A stretch of 23,723 nt of DNA from Bacillota bacterium (GTDB taxonomy: Bacteria > Bacillota > Clostridia > CAKSNL01 > HGM11501). The notes beneath the pieces were generated by a model. The model searched no databases, was not told where the DNA came from, and worked only from the letters and a program-made list of their open reading frames with translations. A program made the translations under genes and the position numbers. Shown piece by piece: positions 1 through 9,820 of this stretch. The stretch covers positions 1-23,723 of the forward strand of contig JAUZPY010000025.1 of assembly GCA_030705805.1 (NCBI GenBank), in the 5' to 3' direction. The first letter of the stretch is position 1. Each line of letters opens with the position of its first letter.

Positions 1-300
1 GCCGGATTCCAAACAACCAGAAGCATACCGGCAACAGGCTATACCTTCATTGAATCAGGTATCATTTACGTAAAGGCTCAGGCAACAGCAAATGACCTGG
101 TACTTGCAAATGTAGGAGGACTTGTAAACGGCAAGACCATTAAGGTAAGTACATCAACCTCAGATGAAGGAAACGGTCAGTATAACTTGAATGCAAGCTA
201 TGCAGACCTTGGAATCACAGCAGTAGGATTTGTGACTTACTTAGACGGCTCAGGAAACAAGGTAACAATCTACACAGATGCATACAATGTTATCCAGTAA
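1..300 (+). CDS. 3' end (C-terminal ~99 aa) of an unidentified protein, Gly/Thr/Asn-rich and beta-strand-like; possibly secreted or surface protein
   Basis: Frame 1 is open from base 1 to TAA at 298-300 (...KVTIYTDAYNVIQ*). It is absent from the ORF track because the start lies outside the window. A strong terminator follows. Confidence 0.55.
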   Translation, partial: AGFQTTRSIPATGYTFIESGIIYVKAQATANDLVLANVGGLVNGKTIKVSTSTSDEGNGQYNLNASYADLGITAVGFVTYLDGSGNKVTIYTDAYNVIQ

Positions 301-354
301 TTCAAATTAAAAAGGGCAAGAAAAAGTATATAGTAAAATCTTGTCTTTATAAAA

Positions 355-389
355 GGACTGATGCTTTTAAAAGCATCAGTCCTTTTTTT
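355..389 (+). terminator. Rho-independent terminator of the upstream partial gene
   Basis: 12-bp stem GGACTGATGCTT (355-366) / AAGCATCAGTCC (371-382), 4-nt loop, then T7 run at 383-389. Confidence 0.85.
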
Positions 390-685
390 GCTATTTAGAA
401 AAAGGCTTTTATCATTATCTTTTATATTCAGAGCCAATCTTGTGTCAATATATCTTTCACCTTATATTATTTGCACATAAGTACCGATTTTAATTACTTC
501 GGCAGTACCGTTTTCTTTAAAAAGGGGTTAGCAATTAAATATATTTTTAATAATAACTTTTGTTTTATATGAAGAAGCCCAATGCCCATCACCAATTCTG
601 TAGCAGTTAAAATGACAATAGGGAGCTTAAATGATTGTCTATTCTCATTTAGAATATGCCAGAGTTTTCTGCTTTTTTCTATTTG

Positions 686-1165
686 TTAAAGCTTCCGATA
701 TTCCATAATTACTGTTTCGAAAGCTTTTACATTTCCTACATTAAATTTTACATTTTTAATGTTTTCTATGTTTGTAATTATAATAGGAGAATGAATAGGA
801 AATCCTTTTTCTTTAAACAAATTTAAGTCAGCATAGGCGATTAAGTCACCTTTTTTAACTTTGTCACCTTTTTTAATATAGGTTTTAAAACCTTCGCCCA
901 TTAATTCAGATGTACCTATTCCTACTTGAATAAGAATGTCAAGACCATCATCGGATTTTATTTGATAATTATGCAAAGTGTTAGGGACATCATCAGCAAT
1001 TCCATTTACAGGACTGTAAACTTTACCGTCTTCAGGAATGATTGCAATTCCGTCTCCAATCATTTTCTTAGAGAAAGCATTGTCCGGAACTTGGTGAAGC
1101 AAAACCGCTTTTCCGTTCTGAGGTGAAAATATTTTACCTTTATCTTTCTTACTGAATTGGAACAT
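686..1165 (-). CDS. Stand-alone PTS EIIA(Glc)-family domain protein with an atypical active-site region
   Basis: Shows the EIIA-Glc pattern GDGIAIIP...PVNG...LHNYQIKSDDGLDILIQVGIGTSELMGEGF...GD. The ORF track starts at 1171 (MCMFQF), but GAGGT sits directly against that ATG. The ATG at 1165 (MFQFSKK) has 6-nt spacing and is the more likely start. Confidence 0.8.
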   Translation of the reverse strand: MFQFSKKDKGKIFSPQNGKAVLLHQVPDNAFSKKMIGDGIAIIPEDGKVYSPVNGIADDVPNTLHNYQIKSDDGLDILIQVGIGTSELMGEGFKTYIKKGDKVKKGDLIAYADLNLFKEKGFPIHSPIIITNIENIKNVKFNVGNVKAFETVIMEYRKL

Positions 1166-1220
1166 ACACATACCTCATTTCAATTTTATTATTATTGCCA
1201 AGTTTAATAATTATATTTGA

Positions 1221-1264
1221 CAAAAAAATAAAAGCTTACTATTGTATTTTTATTTTACAATAGT
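1221..1264 (-). terminator. Terminator-like hairpin upstream of the EIIA-like gene (possible attenuator or end of an upstream unit)
   Basis: On the minus strand, ACTATTGTA (1264-1256) pairs with TACAATAGT (1246-1238) across a 9-nt loop, followed by AAGCTTTTATTTTTTTG. The stem is AT-only, so it is weak. Confidence 0.35.
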
Positions 1265-1445
1265 GATAGCTTTGCTTAATGCCTGCTTTTTAGGTATTTG
1301 TCCAATCAGCGAGAGACTTTCATTTTTGAAAAATAGCAGACTATGCCTGATGCCGCAAAAGTAAAGTAAAGGTGAAAGTTATTACCTAAGAAAGTTTGAT
1401 AGCAATGAAAGACCAGAGGGTACAGTTCATTCATTTTTAGCCTGA

Positions 1446-1510
1446 TGCAAAAAACAAGAAAAAGGGGCGACTCATAATAGAATTTAAAAGTTCTATTATG
1501 AGTCGCCCCT
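1446..1510 (-). terminator. Rho-independent terminator of groES-groEL
   Basis: Long stem GGGGCGACTCATAATAGAA / TTCTATTATGAGTCGCCCC at 1464-1510. On the minus strand a T-rich run (TTTTTCTTGTTTTTT) follows. It lies 16 nt after the groEL stop. Confidence 0.9.
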
Positions 1511-1525
1511 TTATATTAATTGGGA

Positions 1526-3157
<1,632 letters not shown>

Positions 3158-3170
3158 TTATAAAACCTCC

Positions 3171-3578
<408 letters not shown>

Positions 3579-3693
3579 TTACATATTTTCATATAAATCC
3601 TTTAATTTTCTTTAAAATGCTTTTATTTACATATATTTTTGCATATCTAACTTTATAAAGAATATGAATATATATTGAAAGGAAGGGATAATT

Positions 3694-4329
3694 ATGGCTA
3701 AAAGATATATAATACTGCAAGGAGTATCAGGCTATACAGGAAGCGGAGTTGCTTCTTTATGTGGAGGGACAATTACTGTAAGCATAACAGGAACTTCTGA
3801 AGAACATACTATATATTTTATGTCAGCCAGGGATTCAAATATTCGAATAAATGCCGGAACAATAAGAGGAGGATGCGCCAAGAGCTTTGAATTAAAGCCT
3901 GAAGATGCAGACCACATTGATTCTGTTATTTTAGTAAAAGACGGAAGTCCTGTTATAACCGGAACATTAGCACCGTTCTTGCCGGAGTTTAAGGAAGAAC
4001 CGGGGGAAGAAAGAAAAAAGAAGGATAATAAATCGCCCCTCGGAATAGATGATGGATTTAACTGGCTGAAAATTGAGGATGGTCGCTTTGCTGAAAATAT
4101 TCCTATAATAAGATATATATTTGAAAATATTAATGTTATAAGCAGAATAAATAAATATGGTTATTATATGTATGGAACCAATGGGGGCAAGTCTGCCGTA
4201 GCCATATTTTCAGAGCAGGGAGAAACCAACCCATTTGTACATTTGGAGGATTGCGCCAGAAAAGTAAACGGATACTGGGTAGTATGTGCAGATAAAAAAG
4301 AAAAGTATTTTTATTCAATAATAGACTAA
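3694..4329 (+). CDS. Hypothetical protein, 211 aa, two-domain with a charged linker; no family recognised
   Basis: Long ORF with RBS GGAAGGGA 5 nt upstream of the ATG. It has no signal peptide or TM segment and carries a central KEEPGEERKKKDNK linker. It is divergent from groESL. Confidence 0.7.
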   Translation: MAKRYIILQGVSGYTGSGVASLCGGTITVSITGTSEEHTIYFMSARDSNIRINAGTIRGGCAKSFELKPEDADHIDSVILVKDGSPVITGTLAPFLPEFKEEPGEERKKKDNKSPLGIDDGFNWLKIEDGRFAENIPIIRYIFENINVISRINKYGYYMYGTNGGKSAVAIFSEQGETNPFVHLEDCARKVNGYWVVCADKKEKYFYSIID

Positions 4330-4371
4330 TAAATTTTTATGCATAAAGCAATGCATATATATAAAAAATAC

Positions 4372-4400
4372 TTGATTAAATTGGAAAAAAAATATATAAT
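4372..4400 (+). promoter_or_regulatory. SigmaA-type promoter for the asp23/nadK/argR operon
   Basis: TTGATT (4372-4377), 17-nt spacer, TATAAT (4395-4400). Confidence 0.55.
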
Positions 4401-4431
4401 GAAATAAACACAAAATAAGGAGGAATCGCTG

Positions 4432-4845
4432 ATGGGTGAAAATTCAAATGTAGAGAATACAGACAGCGTAAAAATTTCTGAAGAGGTAATTGCAATAATT
4501 ACTGGTGTTGCCGCATCTGATATAGAGGGAGTTTCAAATGTTGGAAATAGCGGAATTGCAGCCAACTGGACTGAAATTATTGCAGGAAAGAAAAACAACT
4601 CTAAAGGTATTAAAATAGAACTAAACGAAGAAAAGGTTATAATTGACATTAATATAACTGTTAATTACGGAACATGTATTCCTGATGTTGCGAGAAACGT
4701 ACAGGATGCTGTGAAAAAGTCTGTAGAGGAAATGACAGGGTTAGTAGTTGAAAAGGTAAATGTTCGTGTTGCAGGTATAAAGTTGAAAACCGAAAATGAT
4801 AAAAAACCTTCAAAGACTAAAAAGGAAGAACAGGAAGCTGAATAA
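4432..4845 (+). CDS. Asp23/Gls24-family (alkaline shock) protein
   Basis: 137 aa. KISEEVIAIITGVAASDIEGV...VIIDINITVNYGTCIPDVARNVQDAVKKSVEEMTGLVVEKVNVRVAGI is typical of the Asp23 family. AGGAGG RBS. Confidence 0.85.
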   Translation: MGENSNVENTDSVKISEEVIAIITGVAASDIEGVSNVGNSGIAANWTEIIAGKKNNSKGIKIELNEEKVIIDINITVNYGTCIPDVARNVQDAVKKSVEEMTGLVVEKVNVRVAGIKLKTENDKKPSKTKKEEQEAE

Positions 4846-4875
4846 AATAAATTAAGCTACTTTTGGGGGCGGAGT

Positions 4876-5706
4876 ATGTTAAATATTTCTATTATTCCCA
4901 ATTACGAAAAAGCCGGAGTTCAAGATATTATAAATATGCTCCGGATGAATTTTGATAAAGAATGCAATATAACAGTTGAAAAAGGCTGCTTTGAAGAAAA
5001 ACTCAGCGTTTGTGCAGACGCAGCCGTTGTTCTCGGTGGTGACGGCACTATTTTGCACGCTGCTAAGATGTGTGCAGAAAGTAAAACCCCCATACTGGGA
5101 ATAAACCTTGGCACGATGGGATATATGACAGGTGCCGATAAAGGAAATGCAAAGGAAGCCTTCAGGCAGCTGCTTTCCGGTGATTATACAGTTAACATGA
5201 GAATGATGCTTGATATTTCTGTAATTAGGGACGGCATGGTTTTATACAAAGGCAGCGCATTAAACGATGGCGTCATTTTTAGGAATGTCAGACTATTGCA
5301 TATGAGTGAATATATCGGAGATCAGTTTGTATACAGTTTTGCAGGCGATGGGATTATTATATCTACACCTACCGGTTCAACAGCTTATTCGCTTTCTGCG
5401 GGAGGACCTGTTGCCCCACCTGATATGCAGGTTATGATTTCAACACCTGTATGTCCTCATTCAATACATATAAGGCCAGTACTGGTACCTGCGGATAAGC
5501 AGGTTAAAATTGTTATAAAACAATTGCCCGAGGAAGAAGCAGCCCTGACTGTGGATGGGCAGAATGCAATGTATCTAAAGGAAGAAGATATTGTTTTATT
5601 TAAAAAATCAGTTTTGGAAGCCGGTCTTATAAGCTTAAAACAATTAAACTTTTACGATGTTTTAAGATACAAATTATCGGTTCATGATGAAGAAGGGATA
5701 AGATGA
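4876..5706 (+). CDS. nadK: NAD(+) kinase
   Basis: 276 aa. GGDGT motif (VVLGGDGTILHAAK), NDGVI, and STPTGSTAYSLSAGGP. Its end overlaps the argR start by 4 nt (ATGA). Confidence 0.92.
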   Translation: MLNISIIPNYEKAGVQDIINMLRMNFDKECNITVEKGCFEEKLSVCADAAVVLGGDGTILHAAKMCAESKTPILGINLGTMGYMTGADKGNAKEAFRQLLSGDYTVNMRMMLDISVIRDGMVLYKGSALNDGVIFRNVRLLHMSEYIGDQFVYSFAGDGIIISTPTGSTAYSLSAGGPVAPPDMQVMISTPVCPHSIHIRPVLVPADKQVKIVIKQLPEEEAALTVDGQNAMYLKEEDIVLFKKSVLEAGLISLKQLNFYDVLRYKLSVHDEEGIR

Positions 5707-6152
5707 GAGTAATAAGACAAAATGCTATACTTAAGCTTATAAATGAAAAATCAATTCAGACTCAGGAAGAACTTTCAAGGGAGCTTAAGGAAATTGGATT
5801 TAATGTAACTCAAGCAACGGTGTCAAGAGATATAAAAGAACTGCGCCTGGTTAAGATTTTGGGAGAAGACGGAATCGTAAAATATCATAATGGCAAAAAT
5901 ACAGAATCTTCCGATGTTGGGGACAGGCTAAAGTCCATATTGAAACATAGTCTGGTTTCCGTGGACAGTGCAGAAAACGATGTCGTTATCAAAACTCTTC
6001 CCGGAGTAGCTCAGGCTGCTGCAGCTGCAGTTGACGCAATGCACTGGCAAGAGGTTGTGGGTACTATTGCCGGGGATGATACAATTTTAATAATAACAAG
6101 GAACTCAAAAGGTGCCACTCTTGTGGTGGACAAGTTTAGAAACTTTAAGTAG
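5703..6152 (+). CDS. argR: Arginine repressor ArgR/AhrC
   Basis: 149 aa. N-terminal winged helix (QEELSRELKEIGFNVTQATVSRDIKEL) and C-terminal GTIAGDDTILII motif. Confidence 0.93.
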   Translation: MRVIRQNAILKLINEKSIQTQEELSRELKEIGFNVTQATVSRDIKELRLVKILGEDGIVKYHNGKNTESSDVGDRLKSILKHSLVSVDSAENDVVIKTLPGVAQAAAAAVDAMHWQEVVGTIAGDDTILIITRNSKGATLVVDKFRNFK

Positions 6153-6161
6153 GTGAATTTT

Positions 6162-6359
6162 ATGAAAACTGTAATAAAGATTGAAGGCATGCATTGTATG
6201 CATTGTGCAGCTTCTGTAGAAAAGGCAGCGCTCAGCGTTTCAGGCGTTAAATCTGCAAAGGTCAATTTAGAAGAAAAGACTGTTACAGTTGAACACGAAG
6301 GCAATATTGACTTGGTAATAAAGAACATTGAAAACACAGGCTACGATGTGGTTAAATAG
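6162..6359 (+). CDS. copZ: Heavy-metal-associated (HMA) domain protein, CopZ-like metallochaperone
   Basis: 65 aa, MKTVIKIEGMHCMHC...GYDVVK with the GMxCxxC metal-binding motif. AGGTGA lies 5 nt upstream of the ATG at 6162. The track's GTG start at 6153 is less likely. Confidence 0.8.
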   Translation: MKTVIKIEGMHCMHCAASVEKAALSVSGVKSAKVNLEEKTVTVEHEGNIDLVIKNIENTGYDVVK

Positions 6360-6367
6360 CAAAAAAA

Positions 6368-6420
6368 CTGCTTAGGAATAAGGGAGGCAGACTCTCTTAT
6401 GCCTAAGCAGCTTTCTTTAT
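6368..6420 (+). terminator. Terminator of the nadK-argR-copZ operon
   Basis: CTGCTTAGG (6368-6376) pairs with CCTAAGCAG (6402-6410), with further internal pairing, followed by T-rich CTTTCTTTATT. Confidence 0.65.
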
Positions 6421-6448
6421 TGACTTTAATAAGCCTTAATGATATAAT
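6420..6448 (+). promoter_or_regulatory. Near-consensus sigmaA promoter upstream of alaS
   Basis: TTGACT (6420-6425), 17-nt spacer, TGaTATAAT extended -10 (TATAAT at 6443-6448). It lies about 190 nt upstream of the alaS start. Confidence 0.65.
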
Positions 6449-6645
6449 ATACTGAATGATTTTTAATAATTGTTTTAAATTTATTATTTGCAGTATGTTA
6501 TTGTCTGTATAGTAATTTTTTTGCCAAAGTAAGTTTATTATGCACTTCAGACTTTGGCAGCGCAGGCAGTATTTTTAATACTGTTTAATAAAAAGCCACC
6601 ATAAAAAAGGGTGGTTTAACATATTGGAAAGGGATGTCTTACATT

Positions 6646-9276
6646 ATGCAAAAATTAGGTCTTAATGAGATAAGAGAAAAGTATTTATCTTTTTTTGAAT
6701 CTAAGGATCATTTGCGTCTTCCCAGCTTCCCGCTGGTACCGAAAAATGACCCTTCAATTCTGCTTATCAATGCAGGAATGACACCGTTAAAGCCCTATTT
6801 TACCGGAAAGGAGACTCCTCCGAGAAAGAGAGTTACAACTTGCCAGAAATGTATCAGGACTCCTGATATAGAACTGGTTGGGAAGACAGCAAGACATGGT
6901 ACATTCTTTGAAATGCTGGGAAACTTCTCTTTTGGAGACTATTTTAAAGATGAAGCTATTGCCTGGGCGTGGGAGTTTATAACTAAGGTCATGGAAATGT
7001 CGGTAGACAAGCTCTGGGTTACTATATACGAATCAGATGACCAGGCCTTTGATATCTGGACTAAAAAAATAGGAGTTGACCCCGAAAGAGTTGTAAGAAT
7101 GGGGAAGGAAGATAACTTCTGGGAGCATGGGACAGGCCCCTGTGGGCCCTGCTCTGAAATACACTTTGACAGAGGCGAAGAATATGGCTGCCACAAACCC
7201 GGTTGTAAGATTGGCTGTGACTGTGACAGGTATGTTGAATTCTGGAATTTAGTTTTCACTCAATTTGATAAAGACGAAAAGGGCAACTACAATCCCCTTC
7301 CAAAGCCGAATATTGATACGGGAATGGGTCTTGAGAGACTTGCTGTAATTATGCAGGGAGTAAACAATCTCTTTGAGGTAGATACTATAAGAAATATAAT
7401 GCTTGCGATATCTGATTATACAGGCGTTAAATATGGTGATAATGATAAGACTGATGTTTCTTTAAGAGTAATAACAGACCATATAAGAAGTACCTGCTTT
7501 ATGATTTCCGATGGAATTATTCCGTCAAACGAAGGCAGAGGTTATGTGTTAAGAAGATTATTAAGAAGGGCAGCCAGACACGGTAAACTTCTTGGTGTAA
7601 ACGGCCCGTTCTTATATAAAATTGCTGACACTGTATTTGCTGAGTGCCAGAGCGCATATCCTGAGCTAGAACAACACGCTGAATATATAAAGAAGATTAT
7701 AAAGATAGAAGAAGAGCGTTTTTGTGAGACGGTAGACCAAGGTCTCGCTATTCTTGCATCCTATATTGACGATATAAAAAAGGCAGGAAAAACCGTTTTA
7801 GACGGGCAAGATGCTTTTAAACTTTACGATACTTACGGATTCCCAATAGACCTTACAATTGATATTGCCGCTGAGAGTGCTCTTACAGTAGACAAAGAAG
7901 GCTTTGATAAGTGTATGCAAAACCAGAGGGCTACTGCTAAGGCTGCACGTGCAGAGAATGCTGACAATGCATGGAGTAAGGACATATCATTGCCGGATGA
8001 AATTAAACCTAAGTTCTTAGGCTATGATGCACTAGAGTGTGAAGCGGCTGTAACAGCCTTAATAAAAGACGGAGAATTTGTTGATAAAGTATCAGAAGGC
8101 GATAATGCTACAGTAATCTTTGATAAAACTGTATTTTATTCTGAAAGCGGCGGTCAAATAGGCGATACAGGTACTATAACAGCAGATACAGTAAGAGCCG
8201 TGGTAACTAACTCTATAAAGATGTCGGGTAAGCACGTATCATTAATAAATATAGAATCCGGCGAGTTATCAAAAGGCGATAAGGTTACGCTTGTTGTAAA
8301 CAAGAAAAGAAGAATGGCTATTTCAAGGAACCATAGTACAACACACCTTCTTCAAAAAGCTTTAAAAGAGGTTCTTGGCGTACATGTTGCTCAGTCGGGT
8401 TCTTACGTTGATGAAGAGAGGCTTCGCTTTGACTTTTCACATTTTGAACCTATGACAAAAGAACAGCTTACAGAGGTTGAAAAAAAGGTCAATGAAAAGA
8501 TTTTAGAAGGACTTTTAGTAACAAAAAAAGAAATGCCTATTGATGAGGCAAGAAAGCTGGGAGCTACAGCACTTTTCGGTGAAAAGTACGGGGAAGTTGT
8601 AAGAGTAGTAACCATGGGCGATTATTCAATGGAATTTTGCGGCGGAACGCATCTTGATAATACTTCCGAGGCAGGTCTGTTCAAGATTGTATCTGAGAGC
8701 GGTATAGCTGCAGGAATAAGAAGAATTGAAGGGGTAACAGGTTCCGGCGTTTTAAATTATATATATGAGAAGGAAGAAACCATTGAAACTGTAGCACAGC
8801 TTATTAAGTCTTCACCTTCTGCTGTAGTAGAAAGAGCAAAGGCTTATGTTGAAAAGGCCAACGAAACTAAAAAGACGCTGGAAAAACTACAGACAGAAGT
8901 ATCAAAGAATTTAAGCGGAAACCTTCTTGAAAATGCTAAGGAAATTAAAGGTGTAACCGTTGTCACTGCCTCATTAAAGGGCATTACTGTTGAGCAAATG
9001 AGGGAAATGATTGACAATGTAAAGACTAAACTTGATACCGCTGCTATAGTATTGGCTTCAGATGTAGACGGTAAGGTTTTCTTTGTTGGTAACGCAACGA
9101 AGGGAGCATTGGATAAGGGTGTTCATATAGGAATGGTTATAAAACAGGTAGCGGCAATAGCTGGCGGAGGCGGAGGCGGAAAGCCTGATAGTGCTCAGGC
9201 CGGCGGCAGATTTGTTGAAAAGATTGACGAAGCTCTTGCCAGCGTAGAAAATGCCGTTGAGAGTCAGATAAAATAG
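6646..9276 (+). CDS. alaS: Alanine--tRNA ligase
   Basis: 876 aa. Contains FPLVPKNDPSILLINAGM, FEMLGNFSFGDYFK and the editing-domain HSTTHLL...CGGTH motifs, with a GGGGGGKPD C-terminal region. Start chosen at 6646 (MQKLGLNEIREKYL) because the 6634 ATG abuts the GGAAAGGG RBS with no spacing. Confidence 0.97.
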   Translation: MQKLGLNEIREKYLSFFESKDHLRLPSFPLVPKNDPSILLINAGMTPLKPYFTGKETPPRKRVTTCQKCIRTPDIELVGKTARHGTFFEMLGNFSFGDYFKDEAIAWAWEFITKVMEMSVDKLWVTIYESDDQAFDIWTKKIGVDPERVVRMGKEDNFWEHGTGPCGPCSEIHFDRGEEYGCHKPGCKIGCDCDRYVEFWNLVFTQFDKDEKGNYNPLPKPNIDTGMGLERLAVIMQGVNNLFEVDTIRNIMLAISDYTGVKYGDNDKTDVSLRVITDHIRSTCFMISDGIIPSNEGRGYVLRRLLRRAARHGKLLGVNGPFLYKIADTVFAECQSAYPELEQHAEYIKKIIKIEEERFCETVDQGLAILASYIDDIKKAGKTVLDGQDAFKLYDTYGFPIDLTIDIAAESALTVDKEGFDKCMQNQRATAKAARAENADNAWSKDISLPDEIKPKFLGYDALECEAAVTALIKDGEFVDKVSEGDNATVIFDKTVFYSESGGQIGDTGTITADTVRAVVTNSIKMSGKHVSLINIESGELSKGDKVTLVVNKKRRMAISRNHSTTHLLQKALKEVLGVHVAQSGSYVDEERLRFDFSHFEPMTKEQLTEVEKKVNEKILEGLLVTKKEMPIDEARKLGATALFGEKYGEVVRVVTMGDYSMEFCGGTHLDNTSEAGLFKIVSESGIAAGIRRIEGVTGSGVLNYIYEKEETIETVAQLIKSSPSAVVERAKAYVEKANETKKTLEKLQTEVSKNLSGNLLENAKEIKGVTVVTASLKGITVEQMREMIDNVKTKLDTAAIVLASDVDGKVFFVGNATKGALDKGVHIGMVIKQVAAIAGGGGGGKPDSAQAGGRFVEKIDEALASVENAVESQIK

Positions 9277-9290
9277 AAAGGCAGATAACA

Positions 9291-9635
9291 ATGGAAGATT
9301 GCATTTTTTGTAAAATTATAAATAAGGAAATTCCATCGGAAGCTGTTTACGAAGATGATTATGTACTTTGTATCAAAGATATAAATCCGATGGCTCCGGT
9401 TCATCTTTTGGTATTAACAAAGAAGCATATTTGCTGTGCAAATGTAATTGATGAAACAAACTCCTTATATGCAGCAAAGGCTTTTGAGGCTGTAGCAAAG
9501 ATAGCAAAACAAGCTGGAATTGATAAAAACGGATATAGGGTAGTAAACAACTGTGGTGATGACGGAGGACAGACAGTAAAACATTTGCATTTTCACATAT
9601 TGGGAGGCAAAAAACTTCCTATTGAGATGGCTTAA
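9291..9635 (+). CDS. HIT-family (histidine triad) nucleotide hydrolase
   Basis: 114 aa. Has N-terminal CIFCKI and the histidine triad HLHFHILGG. Confidence 0.9.
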   Translation: MEDCIFCKIINKEIPSEAVYEDDYVLCIKDINPMAPVHLLVLTKKHICCANVIDETNSLYAAKAFEAVAKIAKQAGIDKNGYRVVNNCGDDGGQTVKHLHFHILGGKKLPIEMA

Positions 9636-9645
9636 TTAATAAAAA

Positions 9646-9677
9646 AGAAACTTTGCAAAAGCAAAGTTTCTTTTTTA
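9646..9677 (+). terminator. Rho-independent terminator after the HIT gene
   Basis: AGAAACTTTGC (9646-9656), AAAA loop, GCAAAGTTTCT (9661-9671), then a T6 run. Confidence 0.9.
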
Positions 9678-9748
9678 TTAACAGCCTCTTGTCAATCAAA
9701 ACTTTTTTAGCGCATATTAAAAGTAAAAAACTTATAAATAAAAAAATT

Positions 9749-9777
9749 TTGACATCTATGGCGAAATGTGCTATAAT
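9749..9777 (+). promoter_or_regulatory. Consensus sigmaA promoter for carD-ispD-ispF
   Basis: TTGACA (9749-9754), 17-nt spacer, TGcTATAAT (TATAAT at 9772-9777). Both hexamers are perfect and the -10 is extended. Confidence 0.75.
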
Positions 9778-9820
9778 AAAAGCGGAGTTTTATACTCCGA
9801 TGGATTAGGAGTGAGTTTAT

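Noticed and set aside
494-685. The reading frame of the EIIA-like gene stays open for 63 more codons after its TAA stop (QIEKSRKLWHILNENRQSFKLPIVILTATELVMGIGLLHIKQ...)
   Set aside because: It could hint at stop-codon read-through or a decayed C-terminal extension. However, EIIA domains are normally C-terminal, the extension shows no recognisable motif, and an open stretch of this length can occur by chance. There is no positive evidence for it.
1345-1448. 9-mer GCCTGATGC repeated at 1345-1353 and 1440-1448, with loose resemblance on the minus strand (ATCAGGCAT) to ptsG-type RAT antiterminator targets
   Set aside because: A single 9-mer repeat within about 350 nt is not statistically unusual. 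The 5' half of a RAT hairpin is missing, the sites do not overlap the terminator-like hairpin, and no BglG/GlcT-type gene is present.
6604-6617. AAAAAGGGTGGT string resembling the start of the T-box consensus upstream of alaS
   Set aside because: The remaining conserved T-box nucleotides (ACCGCG), the Stem I/specifier features and a terminator/antiterminator pair are all absent. The leader is otherwise extremely AT-rich.
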